A stretch of DNA of 33,790 nucleotides. Source: Octopus bimaculoides. Lineage: Eukaryota. Numbering within the stretch: position 1 is the stretch's first letter; every line of letters starts with the position of its first letter. Position numbers and translations under genes: made by a program. This document shows, one piece after another, positions 9,747 through 22,099 of this stretch. The DNA lies in contig NC_068983.1 of assembly GCF_001194135.2 (NCBI RefSeq), positions 157,815,092-157,848,881 of the forward strand. Reading direction: 5' to 3'. Below the pieces are notes generated by a model that saw nothing but the letters and a program-made list of their open reading frames with translations, did no database searches and had not been told where the DNA came from.

Positions 9747-10163
9747 GTTGGCACTCCGTCGCTTACGACGTCGAGGGTTCCAGTCGATCCAATCAACGGA
9801 ACAGCCTGCTCGTGAAATCAACGTGCAAGTGGCTGAGCANNNNNNNNNNGAAATCAACGTGCAAGTGGCTGAGCACTCCACAGACACGTGTACCCTTAAC
9901 GTAGTTCTCGGGATTATTCAGCGTGACACAGTGTGACAAGGCTGGCTCTTTGACTAACAGGCACAACAGAAACAGGAATAAAGAATGAGAGGAAGTTGTG
10001 GTGAAAGAGTACAGCAGGGTTCGCCACCATCCCCTGCCGGAGCCACGTGGAGCTTTAGGTGTTTTCGCTCAATAAACACTCACAGCGTCCGGTCTGGGAA
10101 TCGAAACCGCGATCCTATGACCTCGAGTCCACTTCCCTAACCACTGGGCCATTGCACCTCCAC
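9747..10163 (-). mobile_element. tRNA-headed SINE family D (variant ii)
   Basis: Head GTGGAGGTGCAATGGCCCAGTGGTTAGGG..GGTTTCGATTCCC has A- and B-box-like motifs. The 3' half (CCAGCCTTGTCACAC..GAGAACTACG..CTGTTCCGTTGAT..GACGGAGTGCC) is shared with the 15438 and 30662 copies. Confidence 0.85.
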
Positions 10164-11179
10164 ATAAATATAAAGCAAAGGAACCTCCAAACTGAGCGAT
10201 ACAATAAAGAAAGATAGAAAAATTAAAATAAGGAGGAAATAAATTTGAAAAGAAGAGTTGAAAAACTAATATGACGTGAATAATAGAATACTTAGGAAAC
10301 TTGGTTATCCAGTAACAGAAGAGTGACATATTGTAGAAAATGCTAAGAGTAAAAATAATTGAGAGCGAAATAAAAGTGATACTAAATTGATGGAAACACA
10401 AAGAAGTCTTTTATTATATGTTGACTGTCCCTTTTTTTCGTATATTCTTCAGCCACCGTCGACCCCTAAACTCCCAATGTAAATACACCAGCCTCAACGT
10501 CTCAGTTGTTATGTGTTTAAGGCTGCAATGTAATGAACATTCTCTCATAAGTATTTCGATTCACATTTTAAAATTGCTTTAATAGCTTCAAGACACTCAC
10601 TGTAACCTTCGGTAATTTATTCGTTAAAGAAGATGAATAATGTGGATAGTGAGCGTAATGAAAAAGTAGAATAAGAACAGGAAAAGCAGTTTTAGAGTTT
10701 TGTTTATCAATACACGTACATAAAAAATGTCGAGGAATTTTATTCCCAGTGATAAAAGTTCAGAGTAATTGTAACAGAACCTGCTTGGATAAAGCAGATG
10801 ACAATAACGGAGAAATTAGAAAGGGGAGGGTATAGTAATGGAACAAAATGAGAGGGTAAGGTGATGTAGAAGAATGAGACGGTATGGAAATGCAGAAAAT
10901 TTAAACGGAAGTCTTGTATAAAGATTACAATATTAATTAAAAGAAAAATATTTAGTAGATTATTTCATTTCAGCTTTTTTAATCTCCTTTTCCTCTGAGC
11001 CCCACTTGAAGCATTTTATAGTTTGATTTGGCGTAAGAAAATTGTTTATACAGACTTATTTCAAATGTACCCAATAAAGACCTATATCAATTCAAATATT
11101 TTATCCGAGTTTAATACAACCTCTCTTGTAATATATTTAGCATACAGGGTATTTTTCTTCCAGAAATTACTTTGAAGGG

Positions 11180-11700
11180 AAGGCGAAGTTCACACAATCT
11201 TTGTAGGCCTTCTTAAATTGGTGAGCTGGAAAGAGAGAAATAGGAGGGAGAGAGAAAGAGAAAGAAAAGGCAAGAGAGAGAGTTCTTTGCTATTTTGAAG
11301 AGGAAAAATTATTTAGAGGCAATTTCTGTCTCAGAAGAAAAAGGCTTATTTTATCGATATACTCTAATATCAAGATGACCAGAGACTGTGGAGGTTAGCA
11401 TACGTAAAGTTAGTGGAGGTTTTTGTTGTGAGTTGTCTCTGAGTAGAGATAGTGTGGTGTAATAAGTGTTTTTTTTATTATATGGGTAGGGATTGTGTCT
11501 TTGTGCTGTTGAATGAAATCAGGTTGTCATGCATTAAGTGGATGATGATTTCAAGGTGTTTGCGAATAGATGTAGTGCACATCAAGCATGAGGTGTCTAT
11601 GTTGTGCGTCGATTATGCCTGTACGTGAAATATGGAAAGAGTGTAGATGACGTACACATCATAAATATAATGGAATCTGGACATGTGCCGTCACTACCCT
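11180..11700 (-). mobile_element. Decayed CR1/L2-group LINE reverse-transcriptase fragment
   Basis: Minus strand HLEIIIHLMHDNLISFNSTKTQSL (NLISFNSTKTQ at 11493-11525) resembles the post-YADD NLVxFNxxKTQ segment; many stops. Confidence 0.55.
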
Positions 11701-12549
11701 GTAATAGGAAGTCAGACAGCAATTCAGAGGTCGAGAGATCTTTTCACACTTTTTTTCGTTTTTCTGATGGTCATAGATAATCTGAGAAAAACCTCCCAGT
11801 CGATAATGGTAGGGATTTTCCTATAGGCTTTATGAGTAATGTGCATAACTTACAAAACGGAGTACATCTGCAGGTGAACCACTTGTGGAAATTTGGTTGT
11901 ATTACAAAGGCGGAATTTGAACCCGGAAAGTAAATGGGCATAATGAAATAAATACTAGATAGCAATTACTTGTTACTCTATCGTTCCTCTCACTCCATCA
12001 TGGTGACACATTTCTCAGGGCGCGATAATTGAAAGTATATTAATATAAGTGTATGAATAATATTGGTATATGAATATAAAGTGGTGTCTTTAACAAAATA
12101 TTCGGCATGCATATAAACCAACAAAAATAGATTGCTATTTTTTTCTTAAAAAAGACAGGAACGCGATGCACTGTCAAAAATGTAAATGGGGAATTATTTA
12201 AGTATACAAATACAAGAGAACAATGAAAAATAACATTGTAAAATTCCACTTAACAGAGCAACACCATCATATATAACAAAGATTATAGGAGAATATGACC
12301 TTCTTATAGATGACTGACATACACATTTAAAAAGTAAGTGAAACCATTAAACAATTATGAAAATTACAAAGCATCAGGGTGAAGTTGCTCAAAAGTTGCT
12401 GACAACTGGTGTAAACCATACACCAATATAGCTTACTATGTTATTCAACAAAAAAATTTCTTGGTTATGTTAAGAATACGTGGTACCATAAAAGGTCATC
12501 AGAGATAATAAAGTTTAGCACTTTGTAGTAATGTCATATTTCAGCTGTT

Positions 12550-13200
12550 TTGTTTATGATTGTGAGGATAGTAAGCAGTGGGCTTATTTTCTTTTGTGCT
12601 GAGTGTTGAAGATGTCAAGTCACTCTTCTAGGATATATCTTAAGTTTGTGTTCACGGGGTATATAAAGCGCAGTGATAGGTGCTGTGTGTAGATGGCGTC
12701 AAAGTATGAGATTAGAGGTGATGACAAATTGCTAGTTAAGAACCTGCAGAAGATTTATAGAAGTTTAGAGAAAGACCCAAATGTGAAAAGTCCGCAGTGC
12801 GATGTTTTGTCAGAAGGTTCTCATGCCAGAGATAATCGCAGGCTTTATTAATATCAAGAGTAAGAGATTACTGGTGTATGACGCCTAAGAAAAGATCACA
12901 AATAGAACTATTTACGACAAAAAAAAAAAATCATACTGTTATTGAGAAGAGAAAGATAGTGATGTTGGTGAAGTTAATGATCATCTCTGACCTTTTCTAC
13001 TGCCTTTGAGGAATTAGAAATGTTACAGATATTAAGATCTTGGTCACCGAATTTCATTGATGCTTTATTAGCTTGTGTAAGAAAGAAATAAAGCAAGACA
13101 AAATTTTGTGAGAATAGGAGCAAATACAGAAACAAATACCTGTGGTGCGATGATGAATTTCAGAAAAAGTATCTTTGAGTTTGTGTGTGAAAGATAGAAT
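12550..13200 (-). mobile_element. Decayed CR1/L2-group LINE reverse-transcriptase fragment
   Basis: LDINKACDYLWHENLLTK (core at 12821-12859) matches the RT motif LDISKAFDxVWHxxLLxK. Upstream FAPILTKFCL and downstream CHHL*SH.. are in the expected order. Confidence 0.65.
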
Positions 13201-13887
13201 TTTAGGTCGCATTGTCTTTCGATAGAGCTGTACGAAATGAGGTGTAGATAAAAACGCATTCTGCCTAATTACTGAACCAGTACAGCATCAATCACTCCAC
13301 TAATTCATTGATCATCGATTCTTCAATGTTTTGAGAAGCACTTGCCATTAGTTTTCGAGGCCTTTAGGAAAGGCATGAACAACATTACCTCAATTAAGTG
13401 GAGGAGAAAAGTATGTAGAAATGGACCTTTGCAAATACTTGTCTATTTAGAGTTATATATTCATCGACATTGCTAAGTTAATTGCCAATATCGGATTGTT
13501 AGGCGTATGGAATGCACACATTCTTACAAACAGATACACAGACATAGACACACACAGACAACCACCCCCTGTGTATACACACACACATATGCACGTACGC
13601 ACACACAAAGCTCATACTTGCCTCCGATTTGATTAACAAGAGTCTGCTTTGTGTTTCAATAAATAATCAGCCTGTTTTGCTGATCAGTGACGTGTACGGA
13701 CAATATAAATACAGTTAACATTTCAGAAGTATACACATTAAAACTGAATGTAATGCAAACAAGAAGAATTGGTGCGCAAGGATAAAGATTTTGATTAAAA
13801 GATTACACATTTTAAAAATGAGTGATGACATTTGATTGAACTACTTCTCAACTAAGATTCCGCGTGAAGCTGATGATATGGATGGGA

Positions 13888-13893
13888 ACACAC

Positions 13894-13991
<98 letters not shown>
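13888..13991. repeat. Long (CA)n microsatellite
   Basis: About 100-nt CA run with one G substitution. Confidence 0.97.
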
Positions 13992-13992
<1 letters not shown>

Positions 13993-14326
13993 AAGGAGGC
14001 ATTGATATGCTGAATGATGTATGTAAAACATCTTAATAAATTGAAATTTGCTTCTCAGAGAAAAGAGGTATATAAGCCTGGTAGCAATTGTTGAAAACAG
14101 ACAGTGTGCAAAGGTCTTTTCAAGTTATCAAGAATTAATTTTCATAAATTGATAAATATGCAACGTATGTTTGCATGCATTTATGTATGTATGCATGTAT
14201 GTATGTGTGTATGTATGTATAGAAGGATAGACGAATGTGTCTTTCTGTGCACATACATAAATACGCATGTGTATGTATGTGTGTGTGTATGTACACACAC
14301 ACATATATACACACGTACATACACAT

Positions 14327-14398
14327 ACGTATATTTCGACTCCTTTTAGAGTCTTCGTCAGCAGCTGAGTACTACCTTTAACTATATACAATCAGACT
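14327..14398 (-). ncRNA. Hammerhead ribozyme motif, copy 1
   Basis: Minus strand: UGUAU-A^-UAGUU-AAAGGUAGUACUC-AGCUG-CUGACGA-A-GACUC-UAAAAG-GAGUC-GAA-AUAUA. Intact CUGANGA and GAAA core, a perfect 5-bp stem II, and stems I and III that can be drawn by hand. Confidence 0.72.
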
Positions 14399-14479
14399 AA
14401 ATATAACACACACACACATATATATATATATACACAATATATATATATACATATATACACCCACATGTAACACGTATAT

Positions 14480-15372
14480 NNNNNNNNNNNNNNNNNNNNN
14501 NNNNNNNNNNNNNNNNNNNNNNNNNNNNNNNNNNNNNNNNNNNNNNNNNNNNNNNNNNNNNNNNNNNNNNNNNNNNNNNNNNNNNNNNNNNNNNNNNNNN
14601 NNNNNNNNNNNNNNNNNNNNNNNNNNNNNNNNNNNNNNNNNNNNNNNNNNNNNNNNNNNNNNNNNNNNNNNNNNNNNNNNNNNNNNNNNNNNNNNNNNNN
14701 NNNNNNNNNNNNNNNNNNNNNNNNNNNNNNNNNNNNNNNNNNNNNNNNNNNNNNNNNNNNNNNNNNNNNNNNNNNNNNNNNNNNNNNNNNNNNNNNNNNN
14801 NNNNNNNNNNNNNNNNNNNNNNNNNNNNNNNNNNNNNNNNNNNNNNNNNNNNNNNNNNNNNNNNNNNNNNNNNNNNNNNNNNNNNNNNNNNNNNNNNNNN
14901 NNNNNNNNNNNNNNNNNNNNNNNNNNNNNNNNNNNNNNNNNNNNNNNNNNNNNNNNNNNNNNNNNNNNNNNNNNNNNNNNNNNNNNNNNNNNNNNNNNNN
15001 NNNNNNNNNNNNNNNNNNNNNNNNNNNNNNNNNNNNNNNNNNNNNNNNNNNNNNNNNNNNNNNNNNNNNNNNNNNNNNNNNNNNNNNNNNNNNNNNNNNN
15101 NNNNNNNNNNNNNNNNNNNNNNNNNNNNNNNNNNNNNNNNNNNNNNNNNNNNNNNNNNNNNNNNNNNNNNNNNNNNNNNNNNNNNNNNNNNNNNNNNNNN
15201 NNNNNNNNNNNNNNNNNNNNNNNNNNNNNNNNNNNNNNNNNNNNNNNNNNNNNNNNNNNNNNNNNNNNNNNNNNNNNNNNNNNNNNNNNNNNNNNNNNNN
15301 NNNNNNNNNNNNNNNNNNNNNNNNNNNNNNNNNNNNNNNNNNNNNNNNNNNNNNNNNNNNNNNNNNNNNNNN
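14480..15372. other. Assembly gap (largest, 893 N); other large gaps at 4140-4360, 6759-6893, 22238-22860, 23830-24529, 31033-31428, 32124-32475
   Basis: N runs, most of them bordered by TA/CA microsatellites. Confidence 0.99.
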
Positions 15373-15437
15373 ATATATATATATATGTGTATGTGTGTGT
15401 GTGTGTGTGTTTGTGTGTGTGTGTGCGTTTGTGTGTG

Positions 15438-15740
15438 TGAAGACGCGTGGCTTAGTGGTTAGGGCATTCGACTCACGATCGTAAGGTCGTGAGTTCAATT
15501 TCCGGCGACGCGTTGTGTCCTTGAGCAAGTCACTTTATTTCACGTTGATCCAGTCCACTCAGCTGGCAAAAGAGAGTAGTATCTGTATTTCAAAGAGCCA
15601 GCCTCATCACATTCTGTGGCACGTATCTGTGGCACGTATCTGTGGAGTGCTCAGCCACGTGCACGTTAATTTTACGAGCAAGCTGTTCCGTTGATTGTAT
15701 CAGCTGGGACCCTCGTCATCGTAACCGACGGAGTGCTCCC
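15438..15740 (+). mobile_element. tRNA-headed SINE family D (variant i)
   Basis: TGGCTTAGTGG A-box, GAGTTCAATTTCC B-box, CCTTGAGCAAGTCACTT CORE-like box, and 3' end GTAACCGACGGAGTGC. Has an internal deletion and a 13-nt duplication (GCACGTATCTGTG x2). Confidence 0.88.
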
Positions 15741-15768
15741 ATATATATATATATANNNNNNNNNNCTT

Positions 15769-15996
15769 ATACTCTTTTACTTGTTTCAGTTATTGACTGT
15801 GGCCATGCTGGAGCACCGCCTTTAGTCGATCAAATCAACCCCAGGACCTATTCTTTGAAAGCCTAGTGCTTGTTCTATCGGTCTCTTTTGCTGAACCGCT
15901 AAGTTACGGGGGACGTAAACACACCACCATCGGTTGTCAAGCGATGTTGGGGAGACAAACACAGACACACACACACATATATATATACGACGGGCT
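15769..15996 (-). mobile_element. SINE family C, 3' half
   Basis: Plus strand TACTCTTTTACTTGTTTCAG..GCTGGAGCACCGCC..CTATCGGTCTCTTTTG..GGGACGTAAAC..GACAAACACAGACAC..ATACGACGGGCT; homologous to 7827-7902 and 8590-8805. Confidence 0.82.
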
Positions 15997-16940
15997 AAAT
16001 TATTAATGGCCAGTTCTCACATGTATGAAACTTTATATTATTTATAAACAAAACAAACGTTGGTGTGTAATTCTATAGGTATACCTTTCTACTCGAAAAC
16101 AAATACAATATGTATTTAATTATATGTAAATTATTTAAAATTATTTTGTAACAAATTTCATCAAATTGACCTTTAATTAATTCATTTGCAATAATTTCAT
16201 GTACAGAATCATTACTTGATAGTTTAGCATTTAATTTTATCATCAATAACTTTATAATCTAATTATCAACTAATAGTCTTCAAATAGTTAGACTTCATTT
16301 TATTCTAATAATAATGCTGCTTCGCATTTAATTCCCTTTATAATTGTTTTAAAGAAACCGAGTACTTAGACATACATACATAGATACACACACACACATA
16401 AAAACAGACGTAATGTATACATGCATAATTACATACATATTTACATACATACATACAAACATATATGCATATTTACATACATACATGCATATGTATATAC
16501 GGGCACACACATAAGTGTGAGTTTTATTCTTAAATAAATAAATAGAAATTGGATTACAATTCACAGTAGTTTACTTGCGCACAACGATATTGTTTTGCAT
16601 TTGGTCGATAGGTCACATGATGCAAGTCTATGGAACTCCTAGTGGAATAAATAATCGAATAAAACGCCCAAACCGAGTTTCAGAGTCCTGCGAGAAGAAA
16701 TACCAAACATTTCACCGTCGTCGACCACTACCAATCTCTTCTAATCTTAGTGATTATATTTGAATAAATAATAATCCACTAAGTAGTTTCATGAGAAGCG
16801 TGAAATAACAGTTAATGGAAAAAGAAAGAAAGAAATTTAATAGATCAACAAAGGATATTAAATTAGACTAAAACGAGGAAAGAAAGAGAACAGAGCATAA
16901 GGAATTAAAACACTCGCACACACAGACACACACGCACACG

Positions 16941-16989
<49 letters not shown>

Positions 16990-17019
16990 AGTCGAAGAAA
17001 AGGTCAAGAGAGACTGCCC

Positions 17020-17560
17020 GGTCTTTGAGTTGTCAAAAACTTTCCCGTGGCTGCCTCGTTGACAATGTCTGGTGGAAGGAAATTCCCAAATCTGATAGTT
17101 TACGAGTTATACATCAAGGGTATTTCTTCCTCTTGTTGGGAATATGACGACTTGATAGATAGCTGCTCCGGTAACTGGTGGGTGGGTGATGGGTTTTGGT
17201 TCTGATGACGCTAAGCCCTGCTTCGTTAGATGAGTAGACTTCCTCGGCTGTCAAGCATTTCCTAAAAATGATTACAACCCCACACCAACTATGTTTGAGA
17301 TCTTTACGGAAACAAGTATGTAATTCCGGCAAAGAATTGTGGTCTTTGATGTTGAGGGAGAGTTGTGACTCTCTTCCAATTAACACGTCAATGCTTTTGT
17401 AGTTTGTAGTTTTCGTCGGATTATTTTGTGCTGATTCCCATGTAGACGGTATCTTTTGCGATTGAATTTGGTCTCAAGTTCTGCGTTTTCTACAGAATGA
17501 AGCAGCACGTTGAAAATATCTTCTGGTGTTTCTGATTTTTTAAAATTAACGGATGAAGTA
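17020..17560 (-). mobile_element. Probable very old CR1/L2-group LINE 3' fragment
   Basis: Frame-switching minus-strand pieces WESAQNNPTK, RTKTHHP, RKKY and FGNFLPPDIVNEAATGKF loosely follow ESVQRRATK, TRGH, RKxFF and WNxLPxxVVxA. Weak similarity. Confidence 0.4.
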
Positions 17561-18329
17561 ATTTGATGTTGGTTAATTACAGAGGTTTCCTAGCAATGTT
17601 AGATGATGCCTGACATCACTTGTAAGATGTTCTTACTTTGCTTACAGTTCTATGCTAACGATGGTTGTAGGCGAAATCAAACGTTATATTTTAAATCTCC
17701 TTAGCAGTTCTTTTGTAGTTTTATGGCAAATTCGTATCGTTAATGATATTCATTTATATTCAAATATATTCTTTTTTTCTTTGTAGCAAATGTGATTAGT
17801 AGTCCGGGAGCCAGTGAAGCGTAAAAAGTACATGATTTCATGTTGAGTGTTTCAAGCTAATAAGTTTGAAGTATAGTTCCAGGGAAAAGGAGCCACTTTG
17901 CTTTGTAATTTGTTTAGTAAATTGTTATTCTATTTATTTCTCATTTTGCTGGTTTCAAAAGAATTTTGCTATGTATAATTTGGAATAATTTTACATGGTT
18001 GTTTCTTTCATTGTCTCAACTGGTAAATTAGAACTACTACATCGAGAAATTATTATTGATTGCTTTAATTGGTTCAAGTGCTCACACTCGTGATATTCGG
18101 TTGTATTGCCTTATTTCAACAATGTCCTGGCACTACTACGTCATCTCAGAAAATTTGGTATTTTCCCTGAGTGTAAATCCGACGAATTTTACAATTTCAA
18201 ACGATTTTGGAATCTGCACTTGCATACAATCTCATTTCTACTTTTGAGAAAACATCTTTACGTGATGACATTGTCATTTTCATCTCTTAACAACCAAGAT
18301 GAGCACTTCCCAAAATCATTATTATTACT

Positions 18330-18598
18330 CAGCCGGATATTGTTGTTTGGGACAGAGGGGCAAAGGTATGTACCATCATAGAGGTCAGCTGCTCTGCAAG
18401 TATAAATATCATACATACATACATACATACATACATACATACATACATACATGCATGCATGCACACTGCCTAAATACCAATCTTGAGAAATTAGGCTTCT
18501 CAAAACCAGAAAGGAGAAAGCTAATTCGAAGACTACAGATCCAATCCATCACTGGAACTGTAAAATTCTGTAAAACTTTCCAGAAATTTATCATTTAA
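18330..18598 (+). mobile_element. RLE-type (R4/Dong-like) LINE 3' fragment with internal (ATAC)n
   Basis: QPDIVVWDRGAKVCTIIEVSCSASINI (18330-18410, PD..E endonuclease motif), then (ATAC)n, then LEKLGFSKPERRKLIRRLQIQSITGTVKFCKTF*, homologous to the C-terminus of the 3300-3957 copy. Confidence 0.85.
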
Positions 18599-19028
18599 AT
18601 ATATATGAGCATGTCTAGGTATGCAACTATATGCATGAAAATAATAAATAAAGCAAAACACACAAATCTGCACATATACATACATGCTTACATACATACA
18701 TACATGCATACATGCATACATACATACATACATACATACAAATATACATACATACATACAAACAAAAATGTTGATGTTGAAATTCCAGTGAGGGAGCCTT
18801 GGAACTAGGTTAGAAATCGGTTCTTTCTCTATTGGCAAGAAATCTTGAAATAATCTGAATGTCTATGTTAGGTAGCCCTACCTAACATAAACATTCAAAA
18901 ATCTCTTTACTACCTATGCATTCCCAGCACGTGTTGACTTACAGCAATTTAGATGCAATAGCATCAATTTCACCGGTCTCGGAGGGCTTGCAAATTTGAT
19001 GGGCACTGCCCCTTTCGTCCAAACTCTG

Positions 19029-19095
<67 letters not shown>

Positions 19096-20047
19096 GCACG
19101 CGCACACATACACACGCATGCATTGATTTTATGAATTAATTTCAAATACAATTCGTTGGAAAACAATTAAAAGCTTGTTTGACGTTTCTGATTTGATGGT
19201 TATAGTATTGTATGATCGTCGTAGATTCCCTGCCCTTACTATGTAGAACAGGGAATTGCTCTCAGTTTTAATTTCTAAGTCGATTTCCGATTTCTTTGGT
19301 GACTAAGAATACCAATACTGTTTCATGTCTCTTACTGTTTTGAAGTTTATGGTTATCGATTCCATGTTGTATCACCGTGAAATTTTCACATGTAAAAATA
19401 TAAATTCTTAGAAAATTCGTTACCTTATTCTATACACATGCAGATACACGCATATACACGCATAAATATCACCATACGCATTCGCACACACACATATACA
19501 TACAACATGCACAAGCACTTAAAGGCTCGGTGAATACCAAGGCGCTAATATCATTTACGTATATCATCGATTCCCACTGTTCATTTCGTCGCAAATCATC
19601 AAATAAACGTTATTTTTTGGAAGTATTCCCCAGAATATATAACATTCGACGCGATAAGGGAAACTGGCTTAATTCAGTACATATAAAATGTATGGAGAAA
19701 AATAAATAGATAGGACGATGGACAGATACGGAGACAGAAAAGAAATAAGAGAGAAACAGAGAGAGAGAGAGAGAGGTGGGGAGAGAGAATGTAACAAAGG
19801 AAGAAAGAATGAATTTTTACATTTTATTCTGATAAAGCTAGAATTATCAAAGTTAATTAGTCTATTGTTTTTGTTAACAAGATGTAATTGTATTTTTGCC
19901 GTTAGATGTTAAATGAAAGGCTGAAAAATTATCTAGTTCCTGGAATAGTGCAGTAAACTAATAATAATAAAATATACAGTTGGGGTTCCAATAACATTTG
20001 TCTAAATAAAGAAATAGTACCCACATTAATGACCATCTATCTATCTG

Positions 20048-20079
<32 letters not shown>

Positions 20080-20139
20080 CACACACACACATATATGTAT
20101 ATATATGTTTCATATGTATAATGTATATACATATATACG

Positions 20140-20190
<51 letters not shown>

Positions 20191-20792
20191 ATATACTGTG
20201 TGTGTATGTGTGTGTAAAGTATTTATATTCATGCAATGATACAAAATAAATAGTAAATAAAGAGGAAGAGCTTTTTTCGGCAGCAATTAACCTACTTATC
20301 ATTCGAGGAGCTTCAGGAAGTTGAAATGGTCTCCATATCTACAATAAAGGTATTAGGCTCCTTCTCCCTAGTTTAATATATTACACCTTCTATAGAATTG
20401 AACAAAAATACCCCAGGTCTTAGGGTATTGTTATTATCCAGAAATATAATTGTTTTTCTTAGGAATGATGGTTTCTTTAATACGTCGATTAATTCCGATG
20501 TCTAAAATGTAATTTCTCAAATGAGGTTTCTTTCAACGTTCTATTTATAACCGCTCGTCCGTCCATTTATCGCTCCAGCCATCTATACAGTGTACGTATG
20601 TTTTTTCTTTCTTATGTCTGCTTTTGCATTTCTTGTTTTCATGTTTCATGCGTTCATGCTTTTATTTTGGGCGTATGCACATATTTTCAGGTTACGTTAT
20701 TAAGAAATTAATTGGATGTAAGAAACCGAGATTTCAATATTTGAATTGTAACATCAAAGAAATAATTTTGTAATGTTTGTGAGTGTGCAAAA

Positions 20793-20929
20793 TGGCGAAC
20801 TAACAGGGTCGTTTGGGTGTCAGATAGAAGGACTCGCAATATTTGTTCTTAATCTCTGCGAACTGAGTTCAAAACTCACTGAAATGAACTTTACTCTTCA
20901 TCCTTTCGAGGTCGATAAAAAAATAACCA
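20793..20929 (+). mobile_element. SINE family A, old degenerate copy
   Basis: GGCGAACTAACAG..CTGAGTTCAAA..TTCATCCTTTCGAGGTCGATAAAA. Confidence 0.65.
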
Positions 20930-22099
20930 ATCTAGGGTGGTGAACAGACAGAACCTTGGGAAAACATCGGTGGTGTAGAGAGAAGAGACTTGTATGCATG
21001 GACAACTGCTAGTCTGCCCCCAAATAACCTTGCCCAACCTGCACATATATGTGCAGGTATATGATCAACTTGCAAAGGAGTCCTATGCAAGGAGGCTGCC
21101 AGAAAATTTGTAAAATAAATATATGCTGTTCTCCACATAGGAGGAACTGAAATAAAAAAAGAAAAACAAAGAAATTTCTTTGAAAATAAATCCTTTTAGT
21201 TGATTAGAGGTACTAAAAAGAAACTCCATTCATTTATGTTTGGTTGATATTGACTGATGAGTGGTATTTGCTCAGCTCTGGTTGAACAGGTTTCCTATTG
21301 CATTTATCCTGTCTCTCAATGTCCAACGTATCGTTTTTTTTTTTTTTAGGTAAAATGGTATGGCGTGTCTTTGGATCACTATTTCTAAAAGTCTGATCAA
21401 CTGATGTTTCGTATGCTTTACATTGACAAATGAAGGAAAACAGAGCTAAATTGATAATTTAATGTTGAAAATTGTTTAGTTGCATTTAAACAGAGAAAAT
21501 TGTGTTCAGAAACGGTGTGTTAACTTACGACATGTTTAGCTGCTATACTGAAATGAAATCAAACATTTTTGAGGAACATTTCGTAGACAAGAGAAAAAGT
21601 TTCACAAGGAAAGGAAACGCACTCCTGAATTCTGTCAACACCGCAAGGAAAACAAAGTGATTGATCATTAACCTTAGTGTGAATACTGTACATAAACAAA
21701 TCTAAAAGAATCAGTACTACAATAAGTTACTGAATTCTCAACCTGAATGCTGCACACCAGTGCATCTTACTCCTTCATGTACCAGCACTCCTTATTTTTC
21801 GAGGTGCACTGGTCAGTGCTTGTGCACTTTGTTTTTCGAAGTGCTATGGTGCTAAACACTACAATGCATATTCTGTTGCTACAGGTTTTATATCATATCG
21901 GGAAAATACTTCAAAAGTAGTAATTTAATTTTTATAATTTTAGATGCATCTGAAACAACGAACTACTAATTATGTGTTAATAGTGAATCGTTGCGATAAT
22001 GTTCTGTAGAACATATCCAACACTGTGTGTTAACTAAAACAGTTTGTTACAACGACTGTAATTCCTCTGTACAATATGCGTGCGGACAGACAAGAAGGA

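Noticed and set aside
9814-9875. 26-nt direct repeat GAAATCAACGTGCAAGTGGCTGAGCA
   Set aside because: The two copies flank a 10-N gap exactly; assembly artefact.
10425-10455. Minus-strand CTGAAGA-ATATAC-GAAA
   Set aside because: No stem II pair and no plausible stems I or III; probably chance.
11771-11965. 64-aa ORF between the two CR1-like fragments
   Set aside because: No recognisable domain; probably an unidentified TE remnant.
15438-15510. tRNA-like sequence with A and B boxes
   Set aside because: No closed acceptor stem, and it continues into a multicopy SINE body; it is a SINE head, not a tRNA gene.
14392-15528. Long ORFs such as 378 aa here, 23781-24652, 22151-22882, 30956-31673 and 31918-32598
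   Set aside because: They are open only because of N runs and dinucleotide repeats ([12 protein letters not shown]).
20932-21138. More GC-balanced 68-aa ORF
   Set aside because: No recognisable motif in the frames examined, in-frame stops on the plus strand, and no convincing splice sites.
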